From a virus (Duplodnaviria; Heunggongvirae; Uroviricota; Caudoviricetes), in the IMG/VR virus record IMGVR_UViG_3300031707_004017: 64,000 nt of DNA; one strand, 5' to 3'. This document shows, in pieces, positions 21,185-30,083 of this stretch. Below the pieces are notes generated by a model that saw nothing but the letters and a program-made list of their open reading frames with translations, was not told the DNA's origin and searched no databases. The translations under genes and the position numbers were made by a program. Positions within the stretch are counted from its first letter, which is position 1. Every line of letters begins with the position of its first letter.

Positions 21185-21694
21185 TTATTGCAAATCATAC
21201 ACATATACATCTATACCGCTATCGTGTGAATGTGTCTCAATTAATGGTTCAATTTTATTCCAATCACCGCCAGCTAAACCGCAACCAATTCGTGGCATAT
21301 GAATCGTCAAACCTTTTGCCGTTGCAAATTTAAATGACTTAATTAAAGCTATATTTAGCATGTCGTATTGCAAATAAGTTTTTGTATTTAAATGCTGTTT
21401 GCGATAACCTTGCTGGGCGATCATATTTGCCACCCATATTTCTTTACCTTGTATTAAAGATACAGGTATAAATTGAACATTACCTAAAGCAAATACTTTA
21501 TCATAATTCTCTTGAACTATTCTATCAATCCTACCTTTTCGCCAATCTCGATAAGCTATTTCAGGATTTGTCCACTTATCAGATAATGCCAGCACAAATC
21601 CCGCACCCCAGGCGCCTTTATCGTTGCAAACGTGACATATAAGTGATTTATCTTTGACAGGTGTCGTCGCATCACCGACTAAATAATGTATCAT
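21185..21694 (-). CDS. macro-domain (ADP-ribose binding/hydrolase) protein, tentative
   Basis: LICHVCNDKGAWGAGFVLAL resembles macro VNAAN..GGGV segment; TIHMPRIGCGLAGGDW resembles IAFPxIGTGxxGG. Confidence 0.5.
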   Translation of the reverse strand: MIHYLVGDATTPVKDKSLICHVCNDKGAWGAGFVLALSDKWTNPEIAYRDWRKGRIDRIVQENYDKVFALGNVQFIPVSLIQGKEIWVANMIAQQGYRKQHLNTKTYLQYDMLNIALIKSFKFATAKGLTIHMPRIGCGLAGGDWNKIEPLIETHSHDSGIDVYVYDLQ

Positions 21695-21751
21695 AATTAT
21701 TCCTTTACAAAGAAAAAGCAGACATTAAAACAATGCCTGCTTTCCTTTGAT

Positions 21752-22564
21752 TTACTGAAAGAATGAATTGCTGGGTCCGATTTGAGTTTGACTTTTCCGT
21801 ATAATTGATTGACTTACGAGACCCATAGCTTTTCGAACTTCACTTGGCGAATTCTTCGCAGTCAACACGTTCGGAAAACCAATTAAACTAGCAATGGCTT
21901 CAAACTTTGCTTTGCGCCGCTGATCGTCATTTTGGTCATTATCAAAACCAACGTAAACCAAATAAAACATTTCTGATGTATGACAATCATCAGCCAATTT
22001 TTTGACCAAATCAGGCGCTTTATAATTCTGTGAATCATTGTCTTCACCGTCAGAAAAGGCCGCTATGATACACTTCGTCTGAATGCCGCCGTCCTTCAAT
22101 GTTTTAGCATAAGCCCTGATGCCTATTATAGCATCAACGACTGCATCGTAAAACCGTGTCGAATCACCTCTAGCCACATATTGGCTCCCGATTTTACCAA
22201 CGTCTGCTACCTTTTTGAAATCATAAAGAATTTTTTGAGCTGTTGAAAACGTTCTTGCACTAACAAGCATTGACCCTGCTTGTTTTGTCGCCTTCATTGC
22301 GTTGATGACAAGTTCATCATACGCTTCACGAACAACCATTTCATTAGATTTCATTGAAAAAGAATCATCCAAAAGAATCGATGATAATGTCACGCTATCT
22401 GTTTCAAGATCATCGACAGCCACACCTGTACAACCTAAGATGTTCGTATCATTTAAACCATTAATCATGATATTAGCAGCATCTGCGTTTATATCTCCGT
22501 CCTGCACTGCATTAGCAAACAAACTCTTGATACTGCCAACATTAACGGGATTCGTTGAACTCAT
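21752..22564 (-). CDS. vWA domain protein, TerY-like
   Basis: LLDDSFSM MIDAS motif, AAFSDGEDNDS; followed downstream by kinase and PP2C. Confidence 0.75.
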   Translation of the reverse strand: MSSTNPVNVGSIKSLFANAVQDGDINADAANIMINGLNDTNILGCTGVAVDDLETDSVTLSSILLDDSFSMKSNEMVVREAYDELVINAMKATKQAGSMLVSARTFSTAQKILYDFKKVADVGKIGSQYVARGDSTRFYDAVVDAIIGIRAYAKTLKDGGIQTKCIIAAFSDGEDNDSQNYKAPDLVKKLADDCHTSEMFYLVYVGFDNDQNDDQRRKAKFEAIASLIGFPNVLTAKNSPSEVRKAMGLVSQSIIRKSQTQIGPSNSFFQ

Positions 22565-22577
22565 GTCTATCTCCTTG

Positions 22578-23537
22578 TTATAGTTTTAAATCAGTGCTTT
22601 TTACGATGTTAATGCCAGACGATCTAAATTTATCAAACTCCGCTAGAGTTATAGCTTCAAAATCAATTGCCGGATGTTTAACTGAACTCATGCAATCTTC
22701 AAGAACATAAATCTTCTTAAGAATTGCTTTGTCAGTGTTTATAAAGAAATTATGAATTTGTATAATTGATGCAAGAACACAGTGACTTTTTGCTTCGCCG
22801 GCAATTATAACTTTATCATACTTCATAAGCATATTTAAAAAGTCAGTATTAAACCCGCCTTGCTTATGCGTAGGTATCTTGACTTCCGGACTCAAGATAC
22901 CATACATTTCTGTTTGAGGAATTTGACCCTTTTGTAAAAAATTCAACTGCGACTTTCTTGCGAATGCATGAAATGCTAAAACTTCAAACAGCGCCGGATC
23001 CATAGCTTGCCCAAGAGTGCCAAGGAGCGTATGGTACGTCCATATACAAAGCGGCTTATTTGCTTGCTGTAATAATTTTTCTGTGTAATCAATGCTAGCT
23101 ATTGGATCGATCGTCGGTCGAATTTCACCATCGTTAATACTCTTCGTTAATGCATGTCTATTTTTCGGTGTGTCCTTATACACTTCTGTAAAATATGCCG
23201 GTTTTTCACCTGTCTGTAATTGCCACCATGACCGAAAGAAAATCTGGAACAATAAATGCGAATCCAAAGATCCAAAAATCGCAGTTATTTTTTCCAAATT
23301 ATTAAAGATGAAATCAACGACTCGTCGAATGTCGTCCAATGATCCAGGCACAGATAATGAACCATTTTCGTGACAAAAATCAATTTGCATATCAATAAGT
23401 AGCAATGCCACTCTTGACCCCGCCTTGTCATTCGCAGATGCCGGTATTTGTAGCCCATCAGCCTCTTTCTCGACATCAGCAAGCCTCGGCAAATACAATG
23501 TTCCGACCTTATTTGAATCATAAAACGATGGCTTCAT
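22578..23537 (-). CDS. isochorismatase-family cysteine hydrolase, nicotinamidase (PncA)-like
   Basis: RVALLLIDMQIDFC (cf. PncA ..D.QNDFC) and downstream GEAKSHCVLAS putative nucleophile Cys; N-terminal extension of ~40 aa. Confidence 0.6.
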   Translation of the reverse strand: MKPSFYDSNKVGTLYLPRLADVEKEADGLQIPASANDKAGSRVALLLIDMQIDFCHENGSLSVPGSLDDIRRVVDFIFNNLEKITAIFGSLDSHLLFQIFFRSWWQLQTGEKPAYFTEVYKDTPKNRHALTKSINDGEIRPTIDPIASIDYTEKLLQQANKPLCIWTYHTLLGTLGQAMDPALFEVLAFHAFARKSQLNFLQKGQIPQTEMYGILSPEVKIPTHKQGGFNTDFLNMLMKYDKVIIAGEAKSHCVLASIIQIHNFFINTDKAILKKIYVLEDCMSSVKHPAIDFEAITLAEFDKFRSSGINIVKSTDLKL

Positions 23538-23547
23538 CTCGACCTCC

Positions 23548-25425
23548 TTATTTTGATTGTGTAAGTGTTAAATAGCAAATTTTATTTGTAGAAATTGCTA
23601 ATAAGCCTTGCTTATAAATCTGCAAACTTTGATCGCTATTAACAAATTCAGCCGTCGATGACTTTAATGACAATGAACCATGCCGCTCAATAACAATACC
23701 TGCATCAGTGGGATGAATTATAGCCGATCCAACTAACTGTTTACCATGAATATTTTTTAACAAATCAGAATTGATAGATTCTTCAGTTTTTTTCTCAAGT
23801 ATTTTTGCTTTATCGTTAATTATATGCCAGTGTGAATAAGTACGACCATTATATAAACTTTTTCGTAAAAGTATTACGTTGTCAATTGACATGCACACAT
23901 CAATATCAATGATTTGACCTTTAAGTTCATCCATTTCAATTTCATACCGACCAATCGCAGAAAATACGAAATATTTATGTTGATTAAATATCTGGAACAT
24001 ACCTAAACCAAAATCATTTTTGCCGACCTGCAACCACGTTTGATTTTCCATCGCAGCCGTGACTTCTTCTTCAATGACTTGCCCATTAGTATATTGTCCC
24101 TTCATAATCATATTAGTTGTTAATCGATACAAATAATTACTACTACAAGAAAACACTGGTTCATTATGAAAACTCAACGTGGTCAACTTTGCTATTAAAA
24201 CAACATTGCTGTCTTTTACATCCATAATAAGTAAATCACTATCTTGATTGATCACTAAACAAGACGGTAAAAAATAATCGTACTTAAATTGTGGTTCAAT
24301 CCCTTTCCACAAAAGAAATGACTGCTTAAATTTTTCAGTAATTGAAACGAACCTTGTCTCGCCATCCTCATAACTTATTATGATAATTTTATCATTGATA
24401 ACTTTTGAAAATAAAATTACGCCTTTAGTTTCGTATATCATAATGATATCACATTTTTCTCTATCTATATGTTTTGGTGATATAATACTAGTTAAATCTA
24501 CGACTTGTTGTGGCGCAGTTTTTTGACACTGTGGACATTTCGATCTTGTCTTAGAGAAATAAGTATTACAAGAAGCACATTTATTAAATGTCCCTATTAG
24601 TTCTTGCAAAGACTGCACCGGTAAATTGCTTCTCTCACCCTTACAAAAAATGTTCGAAAAATAATGCAACAAATCGTCGCTTAACGTTTCAGGATGCAAT
24701 GCTATTTTTGGATATACGACTTCTTTTTCTAAAACCCAAACTTTTTTCTGAGCTCGTCGTATCATAGTATTGAACGTCTTATGAGTCCCACCATAAGGAT
24801 GCACAAACAACAAGCTTTTAAAAAGCATGACAGCAAAAGCGTACCAATCAGACTCTATCGTAAAAGACGGCTTTCTTGTTAAATCTACACCGTATAATGT
24901 CGGATCAATAAATGAATCTGTGCCTACAAAACACGGATACCGACCAAATTGAAACGAATCCACATCGATGTAATAAACTGATGAATCATTTTCGACAAAT
25001 AATTTATTGACATCGTTCAAATCGCCGACAATGACATTACTACTATTAATAGCGTCAAGCAGCAATTTAGAGTTAGAAAAGATTTGTATTACGTCATTAG
25101 TCGTAATTTGATGTTGATTTCGATATTTAATATTAGATAAATCGATAAACGACACAGTCCTTGGTGCTATAGCCATCGCAAAACCATTAATTTTACCCGC
25201 TGTATCGGTCACGACATCTATCGGCGCTAAAACATTCGGCGGTAAACTAAAGCCGCACTTTAAAAAAGCTTGCAACTTTTGCGCTCGCTCAAGAGTTGGA
25301 TCATGATAAATTTTAAATGCAATATTGTTATTATATTTAACAACATTAGCCTCGCCACCACTGCCAAGCACATGTTTCGTATCAATGTCAATTATTTTGT
25401 TCTGGTAAACTATTCGCATTTTCAA
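23548..25425 (-). CDS. protein kinase-like protein with Zn-ribbon (625 aa)
   Basis: Gly-rich loop LGSGGEANVV, AFKIY lysine, VIVGDLNDVNKL catalytic-loop-like, IDVDSFQFG DFG-like; CASCNTYFSKTRSKCPQCQK zinc ribbon. Confidence 0.6.
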   Translation of the reverse strand: MKMRIVYQNKIIDIDTKHVLGSGGEANVVKYNNNIAFKIYHDPTLERAQKLQAFLKCGFSLPPNVLAPIDVVTDTAGKINGFAMAIAPRTVSFIDLSNIKYRNQHQITTNDVIQIFSNSKLLLDAINSSNVIVGDLNDVNKLFVENDSSVYYIDVDSFQFGRYPCFVGTDSFIDPTLYGVDLTRKPSFTIESDWYAFAVMLFKSLLFVHPYGGTHKTFNTMIRRAQKKVWVLEKEVVYPKIALHPETLSDDLLHYFSNIFCKGERSNLPVQSLQELIGTFNKCASCNTYFSKTRSKCPQCQKTAPQQVVDLTSIISPKHIDREKCDIIMIYETKGVILFSKVINDKIIIISYEDGETRFVSITEKFKQSFLLWKGIEPQFKYDYFLPSCLVINQDSDLLIMDVKDSNVVLIAKLTTLSFHNEPVFSCSSNYLYRLTTNMIMKGQYTNGQVIEEEVTAAMENQTWLQVGKNDFGLGMFQIFNQHKYFVFSAIGRYEIEMDELKGQIIDIDVCMSIDNVILLRKSLYNGRTYSHWHIINDKAKILEKKTEESINSDLLKNIHGKQLVGSAIIHPTDAGIVIERHGSLSLKSSTAEFVNSDQSLQIYKQGLLAISTNKICYLTLTQSK

Positions 25426-26200
25426 TCACCTTTTCAAAAACGATGCAAGATGCATCATCATAAAATATTTTTCTGTCTGACCAAACGTTAAATTTCCTCT
25501 GCAATCCGCGTTTCTTAGTCCCGTAAAGTTCGCTCGTTAATTGTCGCTCGACTAAAGGTATTAAACCATCAGAACCAATGGCAATCTTATTTACAACTTT
25601 TATATCATACATTGATATTTGTAAGCCTTGTAACTTTGTCGGTTGATTTACTAACGCTTGTCTTGGAACATTGTCATACATTAAATAATGCGGGCCACCG
25701 TCTTGATGAATTATTGTCGCATTGTCATCAATAATTATCACGCCATCTCCGCAATGACCAATAATAATATAATCGCTCAAAACAATACCGAAAATAAACG
25801 TCGTCAATAAATATTCATCGATAAATTTAATTTGGTCTTGAATGTCGTCAATTCGCAGACCACGTAATAAATCATTAATAAATTTATAGCTTGTTGGTTC
25901 AATGATTCCTTTAACGACATTACTAATGATCTGTTGAGACGTATTAGCTGTGAACGCATCAACGTCTTCTTTAAACGGTGAATAATAATCGTCCAACGCC
26001 CCTAAAGATAAATTATTAAGAATAAGATTACCAAATAAACACGCACCAACCTCAGTAAATTGTCCACTGCCACAACCGTCACAAATTATACCATAAACAT
26101 GTTGTTTATCTATTAATGTCGCACAAAAATCTTGTTTATTTGTTTTAAACAATACATGATCGCGACCAATTATCATAGCCTTGTTAACGTTCCACATCAT
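25388..26200 (-). CDS. PP2C-family Ser/Thr protein phosphatase
   Basis: ICDGCGSG, IIIGHCGDGVIII, IAIGSDGL metal-binding Asp motifs; overlaps kinase gene by 38 nt (translational coupling). Confidence 0.65.
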   Translation of the reverse strand: MMWNVNKAMIIGRDHVLFKTNKQDFCATLIDKQHVYGIICDGCGSGQFTEVGACLFGNLILNNLSLGALDDYYSPFKEDVDAFTANTSQQIISNVVKGIIEPTSYKFINDLLRGLRIDDIQDQIKFIDEYLLTTFIFGIVLSDYIIIGHCGDGVIIIDDNATIIHQDGGPHYLMYDNVPRQALVNQPTKLQGLQISMYDIKVVNKIAIGSDGLIPLVERQLTSELYGTKKRGLQRKFNVWSDRKIFYDDASCIVFEKVIENANSLPEQNN

Positions 26201-26862
26201 TTAATTATTTCTCCCGTTTTATACGACCAAAATAATAAATCTAGCTCATCAAAATCTAATTCGTATCGTTTTGCAAAATCTTTCATAATGAGTTCAACTT
26301 TGCAATATTCTTTTTTATTACATGGTTTTTGCACGTTACAACCTAATAAATTAAGCATCGAAATTATGTGCTTATCAAGAATCGCAAAGCCCTTGAACCC
26401 GATGTTTCTAAGAAAATGACTACTTTCTTTGTAACCAATACCACATAAAAATTTAGCAAGAAATTCGCGTAAAGCAAGACCATCGTATTGATCAAATATT
26501 TTTCGTACATCAAGATCACAATAACCTTTTAAAAAATGTCGTGTTCTAACAATGTAATTAGCCCTTGACCTCGGAAATCTATACACGCCTTTTAAGCACG
26601 TCGATATATCTTTTTCATTGCCTAAAAACAACGTGTCGTCATCTATAACACTAACAGCTTTCATCGCCATTTTAGCGCTAGCGTTAGCTGTCAAAATACA
26701 AAAGATTAATTCTTGAAATAATTGTTTAGATGAACCTTTACCTATAACTTGAAATTCATTCAATCGTTTTTGAATCGCAGATTCTACACTAACATAATAC
26801 TGCCTCAAGTCATTAACTGTAGCAATTGTCACGGCATTATCGACTTTAATAATTTCAATCAT
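26197..26862 (-). CDS. ogg: 8-oxoguanine DNA glycosylase/AP lyase, archaeal Ogg2-type (HhH-GPD)
   Basis: LFQELIFCILTANASAKMAMKA and GIGYKESSHFLRNIGFKGFAILDKHI (HhH with catalytic Lys and Asp). Confidence 0.75.
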   Translation of the reverse strand: MIEIIKVDNAVTIATVNDLRQYYVSVESAIQKRLNEFQVIGKGSSKQLFQELIFCILTANASAKMAMKAVSVIDDDTLFLGNEKDISTCLKGVYRFPRSRANYIVRTRHFLKGYCDLDVRKIFDQYDGLALREFLAKFLCGIGYKESSHFLRNIGFKGFAILDKHIISMLNLLGCNVQKPCNKKEYCKVELIMKDFAKRYELDFDELDLLFWSYKTGEIIK

Positions 26863-27743
26863 TTACTTATCGGCCAATGTCGTTTAAAATTTATTTTTTT
26901 AAACAGCGCTGTCCGTGAAATACTTATCGGCCAATGTCGTTTAAAATTTGCCTTTAAATATCGTTGAACAACCGGATGATCTTTTAAGCGATCTCGTTGT
27001 TCAGTTATAGCATCAATATTTGTTAAGTAATTATTTTCCGTCATAATCCAGCATTTTAATATTTTATCAACATCATCATAAGTCGGAGCGCCTAATTGAT
27101 CTAAATCGCTATTGCTTACTCCTAATCCGTCAGTTGGAACAGCTTCAATACATAATTTAAGAGATTCAATTTGTTTCTCGTCTAGCAACATATTTTTTAA
27201 TATAAATTTAGAAATTTCATAAACTTCAGTTTTCCAAAGATGTTGAATCATACCATAATCGCCCCAATCACCCATGATTGTACTAAATCCTAGTAAAAAC
27301 TCCGTATAATTATCCGTGCTAAGAACCATACCTTTATTTTGAGCCGCAAGATCATACAATTTAATCATTCGCATTCGAGCTTTCAAATTACCTAATCGAA
27401 TCTTAAAAGCTACATCACTATGATCAGCTGTATCATAGTCATCTACTATTATAGGAGCAATTTGACGATAAGTATGTGATAAATCAATTTCTTTAAAATC
27501 ATGGCAAAAAGCTACTCCTGTCAAAGCTGCCCGCTGTATTTCGACTTCTGAATTTGTCGCAATAGGTATGCTACGACCTATAAGCGAAATATGTAAACAA
27601 TCGCAAACTGGTCGTGCTAATGCTGCGCAAAGCGTGCTATCAATTCCGCCAGAAATACCGATAATAAGACTTTGAAGTTTATGCTCAATTATATAGTCTT
27701 CAAGTTCTTGCCGAATATTCTTGACAACATCTTTGCAATTCAT
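26859..27743 (-). CDS. nadE: NH3-dependent NAD+ synthetase
   Basis: PP-loop IGISGGIDSTLCAAL ~35 aa from N-terminus; length 294 aa. Confidence 0.85.
   Translation of the reverse strand: MNCKDVVKNIRQELEDYIIEHKLQSLIIGISGGIDSTLCAALARPVCDCLHISLIGRSIPIATNSEVEIQRAALTGVAFCHDFKEIDLSHTYRQIAPIIVDDYDTADHSDVAFKIRLGNLKARMRMIKLYDLAAQNKGMVLSTDNYTEFLLGFSTIMGDWGDYGMIQHLWKTEVYEISKFILKNMLLDEKQIESLKLCIEAVPTDGLGVSNSDLDQLGAPTYDDVDKILKCWIMTENNYLTNIDAITEQRDRLKDHPVVQRYLKANFKRHWPISISRTALFKKINFKRHWPISK
26864..26977. repeat. imperfect 57-bp tandem duplication (2 copies) at nadE 3' end / ogg start
   Basis: acttatcggccaatgtcgtttaaaattt at 26864-26891 and 26921-26948; encodes FKKINFKRHWPIS twice at NadE C-terminus. Confidence 0.7.
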
Positions 27744-27866
27744 AAAATCCTCCTATAAAGATAATTAATTAATCAATATGTTTTACGATGATTTGATCGT
27801 AATCACAATGATTCACAAAGTAAATAATTGTCTTATTATTTCTTAAATAAGTAATAGGAGATTGAA

Positions 27867-28613
27867 ATGTCGTTATATAACAATGCTAATGAATTATTAC
27901 ATGACGCTGTTGAAAAAGGCTTAATCAATCTTTTACAACCACGTGTAAAAATCGGTAACATAGAAATACAATTAAATAATAGCGTCATAAATGTATTGAA
28001 CCTTAATAAATGGATGGAATTCCTCAACTATGTGATTCAAAATTCTGATAATGAAGATGAGATAAACTATGCAACTCAGATATTAGAATCATTCAAGCAA
28101 CAATGTAACATTCAAACAGTCGAAAATGATAAATCATTAATTTCGACCGACGATGTTATAAAACTATCAACTGAACTTAATAATTGCAATACAGTCGATG
28201 ATATTTTTAAATTAATAGGTATCCAACCTCTTGTTAATCGTGTTCCGGAAAAGCTCTACAAGCGCATCGATGCCACAACAATCGCCAAAAGCGCAGAACT
28301 CAATGCAGTTGTACAAGCGGCCGTCAATAATAAAATACCGCTACATGTTGATAAAATATCACCACCATCGCTGACTATTCCAAATACTATTAAGTGGAAA
28401 CGACCTATAAAAATCGACAACAAATGTCGCTATTATGCTCATAATACATCATGGTACATTGAACGTCAAGATGCGTATAACCAATATGGTGGATTAAATT
28501 ATTACTACTCTCTATTTTCGCCCACATCAAAAGAGCGTGCTCGCTTTGACACTCTTAAAGATGCGAAGAAAAATTCTTTAATCGTCATTAAAAGTTTAGT
28601 TGATAATCGATAA
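27867..28613 (+). CDS. hypothetical protein (248 aa) carrying a GC-rich patch shared with gene at 48.6 kb
   Basis: SD GGAGA; segment NRVPEKLYKRIDATTIAKSAELNAVVQAAVNN shared with 48530..48883 product. Confidence 0.65.
   Translation: MSLYNNANELLHDAVEKGLINLLQPRVKIGNIEIQLNNSVINVLNLNKWMEFLNYVIQNSDNEDEINYATQILESFKQQCNIQTVENDKSLISTDDVIKLSTELNNCNTVDDIFKLIGIQPLVNRVPEKLYKRIDATTIAKSAELNAVVQAAVNNKIPLHVDKISPPSLTIPNTIKWKRPIKIDNKCRYYAHNTSWYIERQDAYNQYGGLNYYYSLFSPTSKERARFDTLKDAKKNSLIVIKSLVDNR
28238..28330. repeat. ~90-bp segment near-identical (inverted) to 48590..48680
   Basis: cgtgttccggaaaagctctacaagcgcatcgatgcc...atcgccaaaagcgcagaactcaatg present here and as reverse complement at ~48.6 kb. Confidence 0.8.
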
Positions 28614-28621
28614 TCTAGCAT

Positions 28622-28921
28622 TTGGAGGTACGTGTGTTTGAAGTGCAGAATAATATTAATTATAAAGTCTTCATTAACGCACAGAAAAAAGCAATTGAAG
28701 TGTCAAAATGGATAGAAGGTGAACGTATTAAATCTGATCCCGGCACGCGCTATATACTATTTTGGATACATGCATACGCAAAAGATTTTAAACAAGCATG
28801 GAACAGATCAAGATGCAAAAAATGTAAAAATGAATATTGCAGATATAAAAATGTTTCTAAATGTAACGATTTTTCACCTGATCCAGAACTACAACATGTT
28901 AACAAAGAAACTAATAATTGA
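28622..28921 (+). CDS. small Cys-rich protein (99 aa)
   Basis: RCKKCKNEYCRYKNVSKC; overlaps HPr start. Confidence 0.4.
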   Translation: MEVRVFEVQNNINYKVFINAQKKAIEVSKWIEGERIKSDPGTRYILFWIHAYAKDFKQAWNRSRCKKCKNEYCRYKNVSKCNDFSPDPELQHVNKETNN

Positions 28922-29165
28922 AAATGATCGAGGACTGCATGCTAGACCGTCTGCACTAATTGTTGAAAAAATATTGCCATTTAAATGTAATGTCAAAATC
29001 ACTTGCAACAAAGTCGAAGCAGATGCAAAAAGCGTATTGTCTTTATTATCATTAATTGCTCAAAAAGGATTTGAAGTTGAAATTGTCATTGATGGAGAAA
29101 ATGAAATAGAAGCAATGAAAGTAATGATTGATTTATTTCATAGCAAATTTAAAGAAGCCTACTAG
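28896..29165 (+). CDS. ptsH: phosphocarrier protein HPr (PTS)
   Basis: MLTKKLIIENDRGLHARPSALIV...ADAKSVLSLLSL: His15 in GLHARP and Ser46 in KS(V/I)L both at canonical positions; 89 aa; start chosen inside ORF 28719..29165 at in-frame Met 60. Confidence 0.85.
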   Translation: MLTKKLIIENDRGLHARPSALIVEKILPFKCNVKITCNKVEADAKSVLSLLSLIAQKGFEVEIVIDGENEIEAMKVMIDLFHSKFKEAY

Positions 29166-29688
29166 ATTTAAGTCTAATAAATAAAACTGACACAAGCGGA
29201 TCTTTCACTGTGGGTATTATATCACTTTCAAACCACATACACTTAGCTTTCTTTTCTAATTCTGATCCATCACCGGTCGCATTTTGCATTTCGAAATCTG
29301 TCAAATTTATTGAATACAAATAATAAACAGTATCAGATGATTTTGTCGCAAAACAAGTGCCAAGACTTAATAAATATTTAGATTGGACTTCGTATCCTGC
29401 TTCTTCTTTCAATTCTAAAATAGCAGTGTCTCTTGGATCGCCACCTTCATAACCACCAGTTATAGAACTTATTACTGGTTTAAATCCCCAACAAGGTGTC
29501 ACTTCATTTCGCAATAAATATTCTATTTTGTAATTTGAAAATCTATATGGCAATATTGAAATTATTTTACCATCACATCGCGTCTCATGAGAAAAAACAT
29601 AACCCTCAACCCCTTCTTCGGGCGCTACTAAATTTTTAAGTGATAACCATTTATTAAAAAATAATGTTTGGACATTCATAATCAACAA
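29149..29688 (-). CDS. Nudix-like hydrolase (diverged Nudix box)
   Basis: GGYEGGDPRDTAILELKEEAGYEV approximates Gx5Ex7REUxEExGU (R replaced by L). Confidence 0.5.
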   Translation of the reverse strand: MLIMNVQTLFFNKWLSLKNLVAPEEGVEGYVFSHETRCDGKIISILPYRFSNYKIEYLLRNEVTPCWGFKPVISSITGGYEGGDPRDTAILELKEEAGYEVQSKYLLSLGTCFATKSSDTVYYLYSINLTDFEMQNATGDGSELEKKAKCMWFESDIIPTVKDPLVSVLFIRLKSSRLL

Positions 29689-30014
29689 AAAGCCTCATCT
29701 AAATTATTAAGAAAAGCCTGCTCGTCTTTATAAATGCTAAGTACGCTTGTCAATCCGGTTAATTTAAATGTGTTTAAGATGTCTTCTTTTAACCCATAGA
29801 TACATATGTTTAATTTTGAATCTGCTTCAACTAAATAGCTAATCGCTGTACTGTCGACTGTGCTCACTTCAGACATGTCGAGTGCAATATTTGACCAACC
29901 TTCACCCATTAATTTCTTTATTCGTATTAATAAATGACTGATATTTGTCGCAAGTAACATGCCACTAACTTCTAATAGTATATACGTACTATTGTTACTT
30001 TCACGAATATCCAT
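29682..30014 (-). CDS. STAS-domain anti-sigma factor antagonist (SpoIIAA/RsbV-like)
   Basis: LDMSEVSTVDSTAISYL (cf. DLSGVSFMDSSGLGVL) and GLKEDILNTFKLTGLTSVLSIY. Confidence 0.7.
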   Translation of the reverse strand: MDIRESNNSTYILLEVSGMLLATNISHLLIRIKKLMGEGWSNIALDMSEVSTVDSTAISYLVEADSKLNICIYGLKEDILNTFKLTGLTSVLSIYKDEQAFLNNLDEAFC

Positions 30015-30083
30015 ATTTAATCCCTAAAAAGATGGATTAAAATAATCCCATCCGGCATTAAAACCTGCGCCAAATTGTTGACC

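Noticed and set aside
22578-27743. Complete NAD+ reconstitution pathway (NARP-like)
   Set aside because: Only PncA-like and NadE steps are present. No PncB, NadD, Nampt or Nmnat-like ORF was recognised, so I describe it as a partial salvage set rather than a full pathway.
28719-28895. Long N-terminal extension of the HPr ORF (28719..29165)
   Set aside because: HPr homology begins exactly at Met60 (MLTKKLII..GLHARP with His15). The extension has no similarity and overlaps the Cys-rich ORF 28622..28921.
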